In this document: one piece after another, positions 35,743-46,479 of the stretch
Numbering within the stretch: the stretch's first letter is position 1
How the letters are laid out: every line of letters begins with the position of its first letter
Source: an uncultured Erythrobacter sp.
GTDB lineage: Bacteria; Pseudomonadota; Alphaproteobacteria; Sphingomonadales; Sphingomonadaceae
Assembly: GCF_947497915.1 (NCBI RefSeq)
Contig: NZ_CANMIJ010000001.1
Span: 925,611-989,610 of the forward strand
DNA length: 64,000 bases
Direction: 5' to 3'
Notes under the pieces: model-generated
The model's input: the letters and a program-made list of their open reading frames with translations, nothing else
Told to the model about the DNA's origin: nothing
Databases searched by the model: none
Translations under genes and position numbers: made by a program

Positions 35743-38700
35743 TCAGTTTGCTTTGCGATATTTGCGCACAATCCCTGATAGCCCTTTGGTCAGCTGGAAC
35801 AGCCCGTTGAGACGGCTTTCCGGATCGCCCCATGCGCGATTGATGACTAGCTTCATGTCTGGCCGCAGTTTTGCTGTGCCGGCGAGCCGGTCAACATAAG
35901 CGATCAGGCCGGGGCCATCGGGGAAGTCGTCATTATGGAACGTGACGAGGGTGCCGCGCGCGCCGACATCAATCTTTGCGATGTTAGCACCAATCGCCTG
36001 ATGCTTGATCTCGATCAGACGGATCAGGTTCTTCGTCGGCGACGGCAAATCGCCAAAGCGGTCGATCATTTCAGCGGCAAGGCTTTCGATCTCGGCCTTG
36101 TCCTGCGCTTGGTTGAGGCGGCGATAAAGCGCCATCCGCACTGCAAGATCAGGCACGTATTCCTCTGGAATCATGATCGGCGCATCGACGGTGATTTGTG
36201 GTGAGACTTTATCCTTAGCCGCTTCCAGCCCCATTTCGCCCGCCTTGGCAGCGAGGATCGCGTCTTCGAGCATGGATTGGTAGAGTTCGAACCCAACCTC
36301 GCGGATGTGGCCCGATTGTTCATCACCCAGCAGATTGCCTGCACCGCGAATGTCGAGATCGTGGCTGGCAAGCTGGAAGCCTGCGCCCAGACTGTCGAGG
36401 TCGCCAAGCACCTTGAGGCGCTTTTCCGCGATTTCGGAAAGCTGCACGTCTTTCTCATACGAGAGATAAGCATAAGCGCGCAGTTTTGACCGGCCGACGC
36501 GTCCGCGCAATTGATACAGTTGCGCGAGGCCAAAACGATCTGCGCGGTGGATGATGATCGTATTTGCGCTCGGTAGATCGAGGCCGCTTTCGACGATTGT
36601 GGTCGATAGCAGGACTTCGTATTTGCCCTCGTAAAACGCGCTCATGCGCTCTTCGATCTCGCCCGCGCCCATTTGCCCGTGCGCGGAGATTGGTTTCACT
36701 TCGGGTACATTCTCGCGCAGCCATTCTTCGACATCGGCCATATCGGAAATGCGCGGCACCACGATAAAGCTTTGCCCGCCGCGGTGGTGTTCGCGCAGCA
36801 ACGCCTCGCGCATCACCATATCGTCCCACTCCATCACATAAGTTCGCACCGCGAGCCGGTCGACCGGAGGGGTCTGAATGGTGGAAAGCTCGCGGAGACC
36901 CGTCATCGCCATTTGCAGCGTGCGCGGGATCGGAGTGGCGGTGAGCGTCAACATATGCACGTCGGACCGTAGCTGTTTGAGCTTCTCCTTATGCGTCACG
37001 CCAAAGCGTTGTTCTTCGTCCACAATCACAAGGCCGAGATTACCGAACTCGGTCGATTTGGAGAGGATCGCATGGGTGCCGACGACAATGTCGATATCGC
37101 CACTGGCCAGGCCTTCGCGTGTCTCGGTCATTTCCTTCGACGAAACGAGGCGGGATAGGCGGCCTACTTTCAAAGGGAAGCCGGCAAAGCGTTCGGAAAA
37201 ACTCTGGTAATGCTGACGCGCAAGTAGAGTGGTCGGAGCGACAATGGCGACTTGCTGCCCGCTCATCGCAGCCACAAATGCAGCGCGCAGGGCAACTTCG
37301 GTTTTGCCAAACCCGACATCGCCGCATACGAGGCGGTCCATCGGTTTACCGCTTTCCAGATCACGAAGAACATCGGCGATAGCCGCGTCCTGATCGTCGG
37401 TTTCTTCCCAAGGGAAACGGTCAACGAATTGGTTGAAACTGGCTTCTTCCGCTTCAAATACCGGCGCTTTTTTCAGAGCACGCTCGGCGGCGACTTTCAT
37501 CAACTCACCAGCGATGGCGGTGATGCGCTCTTTCAGTTTGGCGCGGCGTTTCTGCCATGCCTCGCCGCCGAGGCGGTCCAGCATTACGGCCTCTTCGGAA
37601 GATCCATAGCGGCTGAGGACGTCAATATTCTCGACCGGAATAAACAGCTTGTCGCCGCCCTTATATTCCAGTTGCACACAATCGTGTTGGCTTTTGCCGA
37701 CAGGGACAGGCTCAAGGCCGAGATATTTGCCGATGCCGTGTTCGACATGGACAACCAGATCACCGCGCGTGAGCGCCTGAAGTTCGGCCAGAAACGCGTC
37801 GGAATCTTTGCGCTTCTTCTTGCGGCGCACGAGTCTGTCACCCAGCACGTCTTGCTCTGTCAGGATTTCCAGATCGTCATTGGCAAAGCCCGCTTCTAGC
37901 GGGAGCACCATTGCAGCGGTTTTGCCCTTGGCAGCGAGGCCTAACGCTTCCTGCCACGTTTCCGCAGGCACGCTCTCGCAGCCCGCTTCGGACAAGATCG
38001 AGGCGATGCGCGAGCGGCTGCCGGTGGAATAGGCGGCGAGCAAAGGCTTGCGCCCAGATTTGGCGATCTCTTTGAAGTGCTTTGCGGCGGCTTCGTAAAC
38101 ATTGTCGCCGCGACCGCGCTCAGGTGTGAAATCGCGCGCAGCTTTGAAACCGAAATCGATATTCGCGCCGCTTTCCGGTGCGGCAAAGATACTCGCGCGG
38201 TGGGCGGGGGCAGAGGCAATCGCGGCCTCAAATTCGTCCTTACCCAGATAGAGCGCGGTCGGATCAATCGGGCGGTAGCTGCCCGCTTTTTCGCCCGCGA
38301 TACGCTCGCGCTGTTTGTGATAATCGACGATGTCGGTGATCCGTTCATCGCCTGCGCCAATCGCGGCCTGATCGATCACCACCAGATCATCATCGGCAAG
38401 GTGGTCAAAGATCGTCGCGAGGCGCTCCTCAAAAAGCGGGAGCCAGTGCTCCATGCCTGCAAGCCGCCGCCCGTCGCTCACCGCTTCATAAAGCGGGTCC
38501 TGTGTTGCCGTCGCGCCGAACATCTCTCGATAACGCGAACGGAACCGTTTGACGCTGTCATCGTCGATCAAAGCTTCAGAAGCGGGCAGTAGCAGATGCG
38601 AATTGAGCCGCCCGATGCTGCGCTGTGTGCTTGGATCGAACAGGCGCAGGCTTTCCAGTTCATCGCCAAAGAAATCGAGCCGAAGGCCGGATTCTAGGCT

Positions 38701-39222
38701 GGATGGGAAAATGTCGACAATCGACCCGCGCACCGCAAATTCACCGTGATCGATAACGGTGTCGGTGCGCGAATAGCCCTGACGGGTGATCAGCGCGGAT
38801 AGGGTGTTGTGCCCGATTATCGTGCCGGGCTTGAACTGGCGCACGCTTTCCCGAATGCGGAACGGTGTAAGCACGCGCTGCAAGGCGGCGTTTACGGTCG
38901 TCACGAGCAATTGCGAACCACCGGATGGGTGCTGCAACTTGAACAGCGCAGAAAGCCGCGCTGCGCTTACTGATAGTGCAGGGGATGCGCGGTCATACGG
39001 CAGGCAATCCCATGCGGGCAGTTCGAGCACTTCAACCTCGGGCGCGAAATACCGCGCCGCCTCGGCCATAGCCTTCATTGACGCATCGTCGGGCGCAATG
39101 AACACCGCACGCTGTTTCGCCGCCCGCGCTAGATCACCAAGGATCAGCGGAACCGCGCCGCGCGGAAGCGACGATAGAGTCAGCGGAGAATCCGCCACCA
39201 GAATGCGGTTCAGATCAGGCAT
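35743..39222 (-). CDS. mfd: Transcription-repair coupling factor
   Basis: GEFAVRGSIVDIFP, GDLVVHVEHGIG (CarD-like), CGDVGFGKTEVA, DEEQRFG, TATPIPRTL, QLRGRVGRS and TRCF C-terminal domain. Confidence 0.98.
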   Translation of the reverse strand: MPDLNRILVADSPLTLSSLPRGAVPLILGDLARAAKQRAVFIAPDDASMKAMAEAARYFAPEVEVLELPAWDCLPYDRASPALSVSAARLSALFKLQHPSGGSQLLVTTVNAALQRVLTPFRIRESVRQFKPGTIIGHNTLSALITRQGYSRTDTVIDHGEFAVRGSIVDIFPSSLESGLRLDFFGDELESLRLFDPSTQRSIGRLNSHLLLPASEALIDDDSVKRFRSRYREMFGATATQDPLYEAVSDGRRLAGMEHWLPLFEERLATIFDHLADDDLVVIDQAAIGAGDERITDIVDYHKQRERIAGEKAGSYRPIDPTALYLGKDEFEAAIASAPAHRASIFAAPESGANIDFGFKAARDFTPERGRGDNVYEAAAKHFKEIAKSGRKPLLAAYSTGSRSRIASILSEAGCESVPAETWQEALGLAAKGKTAAMVLPLEAGFANDDLEILTEQDVLGDRLVRRKKKRKDSDAFLAELQALTRGDLVVHVEHGIGKYLGLEPVPVGKSQHDCVQLEYKGGDKLFIPVENIDVLSRYGSSEEAVMLDRLGGEAWQKRRAKLKERITAIAGELMKVAAERALKKAPVFEAEEASFNQFVDRFPWEETDDQDAAIADVLRDLESGKPMDRLVCGDVGFGKTEVALRAAFVAAMSGQQVAIVAPTTLLARQHYQSFSERFAGFPLKVGRLSRLVSSKEMTETREGLASGDIDIVVGTHAILSKSTEFGNLGLVIVDEEQRFGVTHKEKLKQLRSDVHMLTLTATPIPRTLQMAMTGLRELSTIQTPPVDRLAVRTYVMEWDDMVMREALLREHHRGGQSFIVVPRISDMADVEEWLRENVPEVKPISAHGQMGAGEIEERMSAFYEGKYEVLLSTTIVESGLDLPSANTIIIHRADRFGLAQLYQLRGRVGRSKLRAYAYLSYEKDVQLSEIAEKRLKVLGDLDSLGAGFQLASHDLDIRGAGNLLGDEQSGHIREVGFELYQSMLEDAILAAKAGEMGLEAAKDKVSPQITVDAPIMIPEEYVPDLAVRMALYRRLNQAQDKAEIESLAAEMIDRFGDLPSPTKNLIRLIEIKHQAIGANIAKIDVGARGTLVTFHNDDFPDGPGLIAYVDRLAGTAKLRPDMKLVINRAWGDPESRLNGLFQLTKGLSGIVRKYRKAN

Positions 39223-39281
39223 ACATGCTCAGTCAAAGATCGGGAAACACAGCCGTTCCCGAATAAGGCAGGATGCAGCGC

Positions 39282-39560
39282 TTAGCGGGGGATATCGACG
39301 TAGTCGAGCGCCTGCATCTTTTCGATCTGCTCACCCTGAAATTTCTCGGGAACAGGCGCCGTTTTCAGCGCCCATGCCATCACGTCCACGTCGTCTTCCG
39401 CCAGCAGGTCTTCGAACCATTCCAAGGTAGGAACGTCCCATTCCGCCGAATAGCGATCGAAGAAACCGCCGATCATATAATCGGCTTCGCGTGTGCCGCG
39501 GTGCCATGCGCGGAACTTGGCACGAGCGAGGCGGGCTTCGAATGTGGGCATATCCGTCAT
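39282..39560 (-). CDS. sdhE: Succinate dehydrogenase assembly factor 2 (SdhE family)
   Basis: KFRAWHRGTREADYMIGGF (RGxxE motif); lies between recG and mfd. Start could be 39560 or 39551. Confidence 0.9.
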   Translation of the reverse strand: MTDMPTFEARLARAKFRAWHRGTREADYMIGGFFDRYSAEWDVPTLEWFEDLLAEDDVDVMAWALKTAPVPEKFQGEQIEKMQALDYVDIPR

Positions 39561-39615
39561 GCCGCGCCAAGTAAGGCACTCGGCTTTCGCGTTCAAGACG
39601 GTATAGAGTGAAGCC

Positions 39616-41679
39616 ATGCGTCCAGAGGCACTCAATCCGCTGTTCATCGAAGCCCGCGATCTTGATGGGGTCGGGCCAAAGATGATGAAGCCGTTGGAGA
39701 AGCTCGGCCTGACGCGGGTGAAGGACCTCGCCTATCACCTGCCGGAACGGTTTGTGACACGGCGCGTGATCAATGATCTGGATGAGGGCAGCGAGGGTGA
39801 GCAGGTCATTATCGGCCTCACTCCGACAGAGCATCGCGCGAGCCGCAACCCGGGCCGCGGTCCGTATAACGTTTTGGCTGCGGACGATGCGGGCAACATC
39901 TGTTCGCTCACATATTTTGGCCGCGCCTCTTACACCGCGAAGAAACAGCTTCCTGTGGGTGAAAAACGCTGGGTTGCAGGGCGATTGGACCGGTATGGTG
40001 ACATGCTGCAAATCGTCCATCCCGATCATATCGAGAAAGACAGCGCAGCCCATCTCGCGCGGCTTAACGAGCCGGTTTACCGCCTGTCAGAAGGGCTGAC
40101 CCAGCCGCGCGTCGCATCGATCACCGCGCAATCGCTAGAACGTTTGCCCGAACTGCCGGAATGGATCGAGCCGGGGCAATTCGACAGCTCCGGCTGGCCG
40201 GTGTGGCGCGATGCATTGCATCTGGCGCATAAAGATATGAATGAGCGCGCGCGGGATCGGCTGGCTTATGATGAGCTGCTTGCTAACAGCCTCGCGCTGA
40301 TACTGGTCAAAGCGGAAGGACGGCGGCGTAAGGGACAGGCACTGGCGGGCGATGGTAGTTTGCGGGCTAAACTTGATTTGCCGTTCGAAATGACAGGCGC
40401 GCAGAAACGATCAATCGACGAGATCGAAGGCGATTTGCAGCAGGAGGCACCGATGCTGCGCCTGCTGCAAGGCGATGTGGGCGCGGGTAAGACGGTGGTT
40501 GCGCTTGCCGCAATGTTGGTTGCGGCGGAGGCAGGCAAACAGGCCGCAATGCTCGCGCCGACCGAGATTCTCGCGCGTCAGCATTTTGAAACATTGCGCA
40601 AGATGGCCGCACCAACCGGCGTTGAGGTAGCAATCCTCACGGGCCGTGCGAAGGGTAAGGAGCGCGAAGGCATTCTGATGGGTCTGCTCGATGGCTCGAT
40701 TGACATTCTCGTCGGCACTCATGCGATTTTTCAGGATACCGTTGGCTATAAAGACCTCGGTCTGGTGGTGATTGACGAGCAGCATCGTTTTGGCGTGCAG
40801 CAACGTCTCGCGCTGGCGGCAAAGGGTAAGCGCGCACCTCACACTCTGGCGATGACGGCCACGCCGATCCCGCGCAGCCTTACGCTCGCCCAATATGGCG
40901 AGATGGATGTGAGCCGCCTCGATGAATTGCCACCGGGCAGGCAGGCGATTGATACGCGGGTGATCCCGCAAGAGCGGCTTGAGGATATGATCGCAGGCGT
41001 CGAACGGCACATTGCAAGCGGTCAGCAGGCCTATTGGGTGTGCCCGATGGTGCGCGATAGCGAGACGGACGATATTGCCGCTGCCGAGGCCCGTTACGCC
41101 TTGCTGAAAGAGCGGTTTGGCGATGATGTGGTGATGGTTCACGGGCAGCTGGCACCGGATATCAAAGACGCGAATATGGAACGCTTTGCCAGCGGCGGCG
41201 CGAAATTGCTCGTTGCGACTACGGTGATCGAAGTTGGCGTGGATGTGCCGTCTTCTACTCTGATGGTGATCGAGCAGGCCGAGCGGTTTGGCCTTGCGCA
41301 GCTTCACCAATTACGCGGCCGAGTAGGACGCGGGTCTGAGAAATCGGTGTGTGTGCTCCTGCGCGGCAACGAGTTGTCGGAGACTGGGCGAAAGCGGCTC
41401 GCGCTGATGCGGGAGACGCAGGACGGTTTCCGCATCGCTGAGGAAGACCTCGAACTGCGCGGAGGCGGCGAATTGCTTGGCACGCGGCAATCAGGCGAAG
41501 CCGCGTTTCGGATCGCCAATCTGGAACAGGTGCAAAAACTGCTTCCCATCGCCCACGCCGATGCGCGGCTTCTAATCGAACGCGACGGCGGGCTTACCAG
41601 CGAGCGCGGCGAGGCAGCGCGCCTGCTGTTATATTTGTTTGAGCGGGATTGGGGTGTACAACTGCTTAGGGGGGGATAG
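39616..41679 (+). CDS. recG: ATP-dependent DNA helicase RecG
   Basis: MRPEALNPLF, LQGDVGAGKT, IDEQHRFG, MTATPIPRSL, QLHQLRGRVGRG and DLELRGGGELLGTRQSG motifs. Confidence 0.97.
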   Translation: MRPEALNPLFIEARDLDGVGPKMMKPLEKLGLTRVKDLAYHLPERFVTRRVINDLDEGSEGEQVIIGLTPTEHRASRNPGRGPYNVLAADDAGNICSLTYFGRASYTAKKQLPVGEKRWVAGRLDRYGDMLQIVHPDHIEKDSAAHLARLNEPVYRLSEGLTQPRVASITAQSLERLPELPEWIEPGQFDSSGWPVWRDALHLAHKDMNERARDRLAYDELLANSLALILVKAEGRRRKGQALAGDGSLRAKLDLPFEMTGAQKRSIDEIEGDLQQEAPMLRLLQGDVGAGKTVVALAAMLVAAEAGKQAAMLAPTEILARQHFETLRKMAAPTGVEVAILTGRAKGKEREGILMGLLDGSIDILVGTHAIFQDTVGYKDLGLVVIDEQHRFGVQQRLALAAKGKRAPHTLAMTATPIPRSLTLAQYGEMDVSRLDELPPGRQAIDTRVIPQERLEDMIAGVERHIASGQQAYWVCPMVRDSETDDIAAAEARYALLKERFGDDVVMVHGQLAPDIKDANMERFASGGAKLLVATTVIEVGVDVPSSTLMVIEQAERFGLAQLHQLRGRVGRGSEKSVCVLLRGNELSETGRKRLALMRETQDGFRIAEEDLELRGGGELLGTRQSGEAAFRIANLEQVQKLLPIAHADARLLIERDGGLTSERGEAARLLLYLFERDWGVQLLRGG

Positions 41680-41682
41680 CAG

Positions 41683-42390
41683 GTGAGTGAAATTCGATTG
41701 TTCGGGCCTGATCCGATCGAATTTCTCGATCCAGCTCCGTATTCTGCGTTGGAATATCAGGGGCACATGATCGCCGGAACGGTATGGTTTGTTGCAGCGA
41801 TCATCGCATTGTTCGCAATGAAAGGCGGGAAACTGCATATTCGCGCTGGGCAGATTTGCGTGATTTCCGTTCTGCTTGTCGCTCTATCTGCCGTCATTAT
41901 GCTTGCGGTTGAATGGGTAAACCCGCTGTTCCTCAATTCGGTGACAGCCACCTATGCGGTGGGAACGGCGTGGCTTGCCTTGAAGCCGGGGACGAAGCGG
42001 GTTCGGGGGTTAGAATATGGCCTGAGCCTGTTTGAAATAGCCGGTCTCGCGGTGTTTCTGTCCCTTGCTATTCCGGCGGTTACAGCGGGCAATGTGCCGC
42101 TTATCGGCCCTGCCATCGTTGCGGCCTTGCCAATCATATTGTTGCTGGGAGATTTGAATTTTCATTCAAAGCCCGATCAACGTGCAAAGCTGCGCGTCAG
42201 ACGGCATCTGGCTCGGATGGTTTGGGCATTTGTCATCGTCCTGCGCGCGCCGCTGGTCGAATTCGAAACGGGTGGTTTCTACGATGTGCCTGATCCTTTG
42301 TTAGTAGCAGGTCCGCCGCTATTGGGAATAGCCATGCTAATTTACTTCCAACGCAAATTTGGTGGCTTTGAAGTTGGAAAGCAGTCGTAG
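41683..42390 (+). CDS. Multi-pass membrane protein (DUF2306-like)
   Basis: About six hydrophobic helices; HMIAG...KGGKLHIRAG...RRHLARM resembles DUF2306. GTG start. Confidence 0.65.
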   Translation: MSEIRLFGPDPIEFLDPAPYSALEYQGHMIAGTVWFVAAIIALFAMKGGKLHIRAGQICVISVLLVALSAVIMLAVEWVNPLFLNSVTATYAVGTAWLALKPGTKRVRGLEYGLSLFEIAGLAVFLSLAIPAVTAGNVPLIGPAIVAALPIILLLGDLNFHSKPDQRAKLRVRRHLARMVWAFVIVLRAPLVEFETGGFYDVPDPLLVAGPPLLGIAMLIYFQRKFGGFEVGKQS

Positions 42391-42414
42391 AGTCAGCGCA
42401 GATTTGTCGTTGAT

Positions 42415-42882
42415 TTAGTCCTCGAACAACTTGACCAATGCGGCCGCCGCGTCGCTGACTTCGGCCCAAGTGCGATCAAATCCATCATCACCGCCGTAAT
42501 ACGGGTCGCCCACTTCATCGCCTGTACGATCAGGCAGCAGGTCAAGCAGTAGCGAAATTTCGGCAATCGCATCATCGGGGGCGCAGGCTTTGATATTGCG
42601 CAAATTGTCTTGGTCCATTGCGAAGATGTGGGTGAATTCGTGAAAGTCGCGTGTTTGCAATTGTCGCCCGCGATAATGGGTGATGTCGATCCCGCGCGCC
42701 GCGGCTGTGCGGATGCTTCGCGGATCAGGCGGCTCGCCGATGTGATAGCCGGCTGTGCCGACGCTATCGACATGCACGTCCAGTCCCGCTTCATCGGCTG
42801 CGGCGCGAAACGCCGCCTCCGCGAGCGGAGAACGGCAGATATTACCAAGGCAAACGAACAGAACAGATGCGGTGTGGCTCAT
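42415..42882 (-). CDS. Low molecular weight protein-tyrosine phosphatase
   Basis: VLFVCLGNICRSPLAEA and DPYYG motifs. Confidence 0.95.
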   Translation of the reverse strand: MSHTASVLFVCLGNICRSPLAEAAFRAAADEAGLDVHVDSVGTAGYHIGEPPDPRSIRTAAARGIDITHYRGRQLQTRDFHEFTHIFAMDQDNLRNIKACAPDDAIAEISLLLDLLPDRTGDEVGDPYYGGDDGFDRTWAEVSDAAAALVKLFED

Positions 42883-42947
42883 TCGGGTAAGCTACTAGAC
42901 CTCGCGCAGCGCGCGCAATAGGAAGCATCGCCAAGAGGAGAATATTC

Positions 42948-44717
42948 ATGCGTCATTTCATCGCTGCACTGGCCGCCACCACTTTGCTCTCTAGCCCGCT
43001 GATCGCTGGCCCGGTTGAGGATTACGAGGAGCTGCGCGAGGAAGTGTGGGAAGCCACGCTGGTTAGCTCGCCATCGCTTGCGACCAGCATCGGTGACAGA
43101 CGCGGTGACGGCAAGATCGGCGATCTTTCGCTCGAGGAATATGACCGCTCAATTGCTGAATCCAAAGCGTTTTTGGCACGGCTCAATGCGATCGATTCAG
43201 AAGCCTTGCCGGCTGATCTTCAGGTCGATTACGCGATCCTGAAAAGCAGTTTTGAAGATGGATTGGCGGGCGCGAAGTTCGATCACAACCGCTATATCCT
43301 CTTCACCAATCGCGGCGGCTGGTTCTCCGGTTTTGCCTCGCTGCCATATCGCTCTCCGTTTTTCACCAAAGCGGACTACGAAAGCTACGTTTCACGGCTT
43401 GGCGCGTTCAGAGCGTTCAACGCGCAGGGGATTGAGCGCAGCAAGAAAGCCGTCGAACTCGGCCTGACCCAGCCATGCGAGCCGATGAAGGGCTTTGACA
43501 ACCGGATCACTCAGCAGCTTGTCGATGATTACACCACATCGCCATTCTGGCAGCCATTTGCAGGCGAGAAACCCGGTTCGATTACGGATGAGGATTGGGC
43601 CGCGCTCAAAGCGTCTGCCGCAGAAACGATCCAGGGCGAAGTTCTGCCCGCCTATGAAGAATTTCTGAGCTTTTACCGGTCCGAATACGAACCGAACTGT
43701 CGCGCGGGCACGCCGGGTATCCTCGCAACGCCAGGTGGCGAAGACTACTACGCATACCGCGTTCGTAGTTTCACCACGACAGATATGACGCCGGACGAGG
43801 TCCACAATCTGGGCCTGTCCGAAGTCGCTCGCATTCGCGCCGAAATGGTCGAGGTCGCGACCGAAGCGGGCTTCGACACGCGTGAGGCCTTTATCGAGCA
43901 CCTGCGCACTGATCCGCAATATTACATGACGGATGAGCAGGAATATCTGGAATACACGCAGGCTCTGGCGAAGAAGATCGACGGGTTTATGCCGAAACTG
44001 TTCGGCCGTCTGCCGCGCCAGCCATACACTGTGTTGCCGATTCCTGCGGCGAATGCGGCTGGCAACACGACCGCCTATTATGAGCCCGGTTCGCTGGAAA
44101 CAGGACAGGCCGGTATTTACCGCCTGAACCTGACCGAGCTTGACCAGCGCCCGCTGTGGGAATTGCCCGCGCTTGGCGTGCATGAGGCGGTTCCCGGACA
44201 TCATCACCAGATCGCGCTTCAGCAAGAGCTCGACATCCACCCGCTGCGCGCCAACGGCACGTTTTTCACTGCCTTTGTCGAAGGCTGGGGGCTGTATTCG
44301 GAGCGTCTCGGGATTGAGATGGGCCTGTATGATACGCCCGCGAAACAGATGGGCCGCCTGTCTTACGAAATGTGGCGCGCCACCCGCCTTGTGGTTGATA
44401 CCGGCCTGCATTCCAAAGGTTGGAGCAAAGAAAAAGCGGTCGTCTATATGCTCGACAACACCGCGCTTTCGCCCGGTAACATCGATGCCGAGGTCAACCG
44501 GTATATGACGTGGCCAGGACAGGCGCTCGCTTACAAAATCGGCGAGCTAAAGATCCGCGAATTGCGCACTCGCGCCGAGGAAAAGCTGGGCGCTGATTTC
44601 GATCTGCGCGCCTTCCACGACACAGTGCTGGAAAACGGATCGATTCCGCTTTCGGTGCTCGAAGCCTATGTCGATAATTGGATTGAGGCCGAGCTCGCCA
44701 GAGTTGTAACCGACTAA
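42948..44717 (+). CDS. DUF885 family exported protein (putative metallopeptidase)
   Basis: Signal peptide; HEAVPGHHHQ, AFVEGWGLYSE and RYMTWPGQALAYKIG motifs. Confidence 0.9.
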   Translation: MRHFIAALAATTLLSSPLIAGPVEDYEELREEVWEATLVSSPSLATSIGDRRGDGKIGDLSLEEYDRSIAESKAFLARLNAIDSEALPADLQVDYAILKSSFEDGLAGAKFDHNRYILFTNRGGWFSGFASLPYRSPFFTKADYESYVSRLGAFRAFNAQGIERSKKAVELGLTQPCEPMKGFDNRITQQLVDDYTTSPFWQPFAGEKPGSITDEDWAALKASAAETIQGEVLPAYEEFLSFYRSEYEPNCRAGTPGILATPGGEDYYAYRVRSFTTTDMTPDEVHNLGLSEVARIRAEMVEVATEAGFDTREAFIEHLRTDPQYYMTDEQEYLEYTQALAKKIDGFMPKLFGRLPRQPYTVLPIPAANAAGNTTAYYEPGSLETGQAGIYRLNLTELDQRPLWELPALGVHEAVPGHHHQIALQQELDIHPLRANGTFFTAFVEGWGLYSERLGIEMGLYDTPAKQMGRLSYEMWRATRLVVDTGLHSKGWSKEKAVVYMLDNTALSPGNIDAEVNRYMTWPGQALAYKIGELKIRELRTRAEEKLGADFDLRAFHDTVLENGSIPLSVLEAYVDNWIEAELARVVTD

Positions 44718-44720
44718 GGT

Positions 44721-46088
44721 TTAAGCGGCTTTGGCGGGGAGGGGGGTGGTTGATCCAAGCACCTCCTCGGTCAGCCGCCGGATGTTGACCTGCGCCGCCA
44801 AGCGCGCGCCAAGCAGAGCGGTGCCGCTGACTTTGCGTTGCACAAACAGGGTCTCAATCGGCGGAAATGCCCACGTGTCTTTGTCCTGAGCGATGGCCAT
44901 ACCTTCATCGCGTAGCAGCGGGATAAAGGCGCGGTCGCCGAAATCAAATGGCTTGTCCTCACGCATTTCGTTGATGACAATGTCGATCATGCGATTGACC
45001 CGTTCGAGGTGCTTTTCCGCGACTATAGGCATCATAAAGCCGGATTCGATGGTCGCTTTCAGCACTTCCTCACGGTCTCCATTCAACCCCGCGATCAGCA
45101 TCTTGCGATAGCCGTTCGACACATCGGGATCGACATCGCGGCATGCACCGAAATCGAGCAAGATGATCTCACCCGTTTCGCGGCGATAGCGGAAGTTCGC
45201 AAAGTTCGGATCGGTTTGCATCACGCCGAATTCAAACAATTCGCGCGCCACCAATCGCATCAGCTGCGTCATTGTTTCATCGCGGCGCTCATCTGTCTCG
45301 TTCTCAAGTTCCTCGATGCCGCTGCCTTGCTCGAAACTCATCGCCAGAATGCGGTCACGCGTTAGCTCTTTGTGGAGGGTCGGGACGACAAAGCCCGGCA
45401 CATCTTTCAACTTTTCGCGGTACATCTCCATCTGCGCGCCTTCGCGGTGATAGTCGGCTTCCTCGTGCAGTTGTTTCTTGGCCTCGGCCAGCAGTGCGTC
45501 GATCTCCAGCTCTGGCGGAGCAAATCCTGCCACTTTGAGCAAAGTCATCACATTATCGACATCGCTGTCGATGCTTTCCGCGATGCCGGGATATTGCACC
45601 TTGATCGCCAATTCCTGACCATCGCGGGTAAGCGCCTTATGCACCTGGCCGATGGATGCGGCGGCGATAGGGCGCGGGTTGAACCATTTGAATTGCTTGC
45701 GCCAGTCCGGCCCCCATTCTGCCCGAAGCACCGTATCGAGCTGTTTGGCGGGCATGAAATTCGCCTGATCGCGCAGGGTCGCGAGGATATCGGCAAGTTC
45801 CTTTGGCAAAAAATCGCCCGAATCCATGCTGATCATCTGACCCATTTTCATGGCTGCACCGCGCAAATGCGACAGGCGGTCTGTCATCCGCTGGACATTG
45901 CCGGGGGTTAGCACAAGATCGCGCGCGGAAATCCCTTCGCCCTTGGCCAGACGGCGCGCGCCCTCGGCAACCATACCGCCCGCAACGCCGCTGGCGAGCC
46001 GCCCAAAACTGGCAAAGCGCGAAACCCGGCCGGAGGGGACGGAGCGTTCGCGTGAGCGATCATTTGTGCGGCTTTTATCGTCTGTCAT
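44721..46088 (-). CDS. ABC1/UbiB (AarF, COQ8-like) atypical kinase
   Basis: LRGAAMKMGQ, AAASIGQVH, AIKVQYPG, QTDPNFAN and LLDFGA motifs. Confidence 0.93.
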   Translation of the reverse strand: MTDDKSRTNDRSRERSVPSGRVSRFASFGRLASGVAGGMVAEGARRLAKGEGISARDLVLTPGNVQRMTDRLSHLRGAAMKMGQMISMDSGDFLPKELADILATLRDQANFMPAKQLDTVLRAEWGPDWRKQFKWFNPRPIAAASIGQVHKALTRDGQELAIKVQYPGIAESIDSDVDNVMTLLKVAGFAPPELEIDALLAEAKKQLHEEADYHREGAQMEMYREKLKDVPGFVVPTLHKELTRDRILAMSFEQGSGIEELENETDERRDETMTQLMRLVARELFEFGVMQTDPNFANFRYRRETGEIILLDFGACRDVDPDVSNGYRKMLIAGLNGDREEVLKATIESGFMMPIVAEKHLERVNRMIDIVINEMREDKPFDFGDRAFIPLLRDEGMAIAQDKDTWAFPPIETLFVQRKVSGTALLGARLAAQVNIRRLTEEVLGSTTPLPAKAA

Positions 46089-46137
46089 CACACGTCCCGT
46101 AGCGGGTTTTGAAAGGGCTTGGCACTAAAACGACGAA

Positions 46138-46159
46138 GGCCCGGGAATGATCCCGGGCC
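46138..46159 (-). terminator. Terminator hairpin after the Pmp3 gene
   Basis: GGCCCGGGA-ATGA-TCCCGGGCC, followed by a T-rich tract on the minus strand. Confidence 0.6.
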
Positions 46160-46198
46160 TCGGCCGCTCGATAATCGTCGAGAGAATGTCTTGTGGTG

Positions 46199-46381
46199 TT
46201 ACGCGATCGACCGCGTTCCGCCTGCAATGTAGTTCACATACACGGCGTGGATGAGGCCGGGGATGAAGAACAGCAGCGTCAGGACCAGGTTGATCCAGAA
46301 ATCGGCGCCCAGACCCTTCTTCAATGCAACGCCAAGCGGCGGAAGAAGAACAGTGGCGATAAGAGCGATAAGTTCGAGCAT
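46199..46381 (-). CDS. YqaE/Pmp3 family small membrane protein
   Basis: LLPPLGVALKKG...FWINLVLTLLFFIPGLIHAVY motif. Confidence 0.93.
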   Translation of the reverse strand: MLELIALIATVLLPPLGVALKKGLGADFWINLVLTLLFFIPGLIHAVYVNYIAGGTRSIA

Positions 46382-46441
46382 GAATGGTTTTCCTAAATTG
46401 GTTTTCGCGAGGCGCTGTTTTGCGCCGTCGTATGACCAATC

Positions 46442-46467
46442 AACGGGTAGGGTGGTTCAAATGTTCC
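46442..46467 (-). promoter_or_regulatory. EcfG-type promoter driving the Pmp3 gene
   Basis: Minus strand GGAAC-ATTTGAACCACCCTACC(17)-CGTT, a perfect consensus about 60 nt upstream of the ATG. Confidence 0.75.
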
Positions 46468-46479
46468 GGAAAAATCTTT

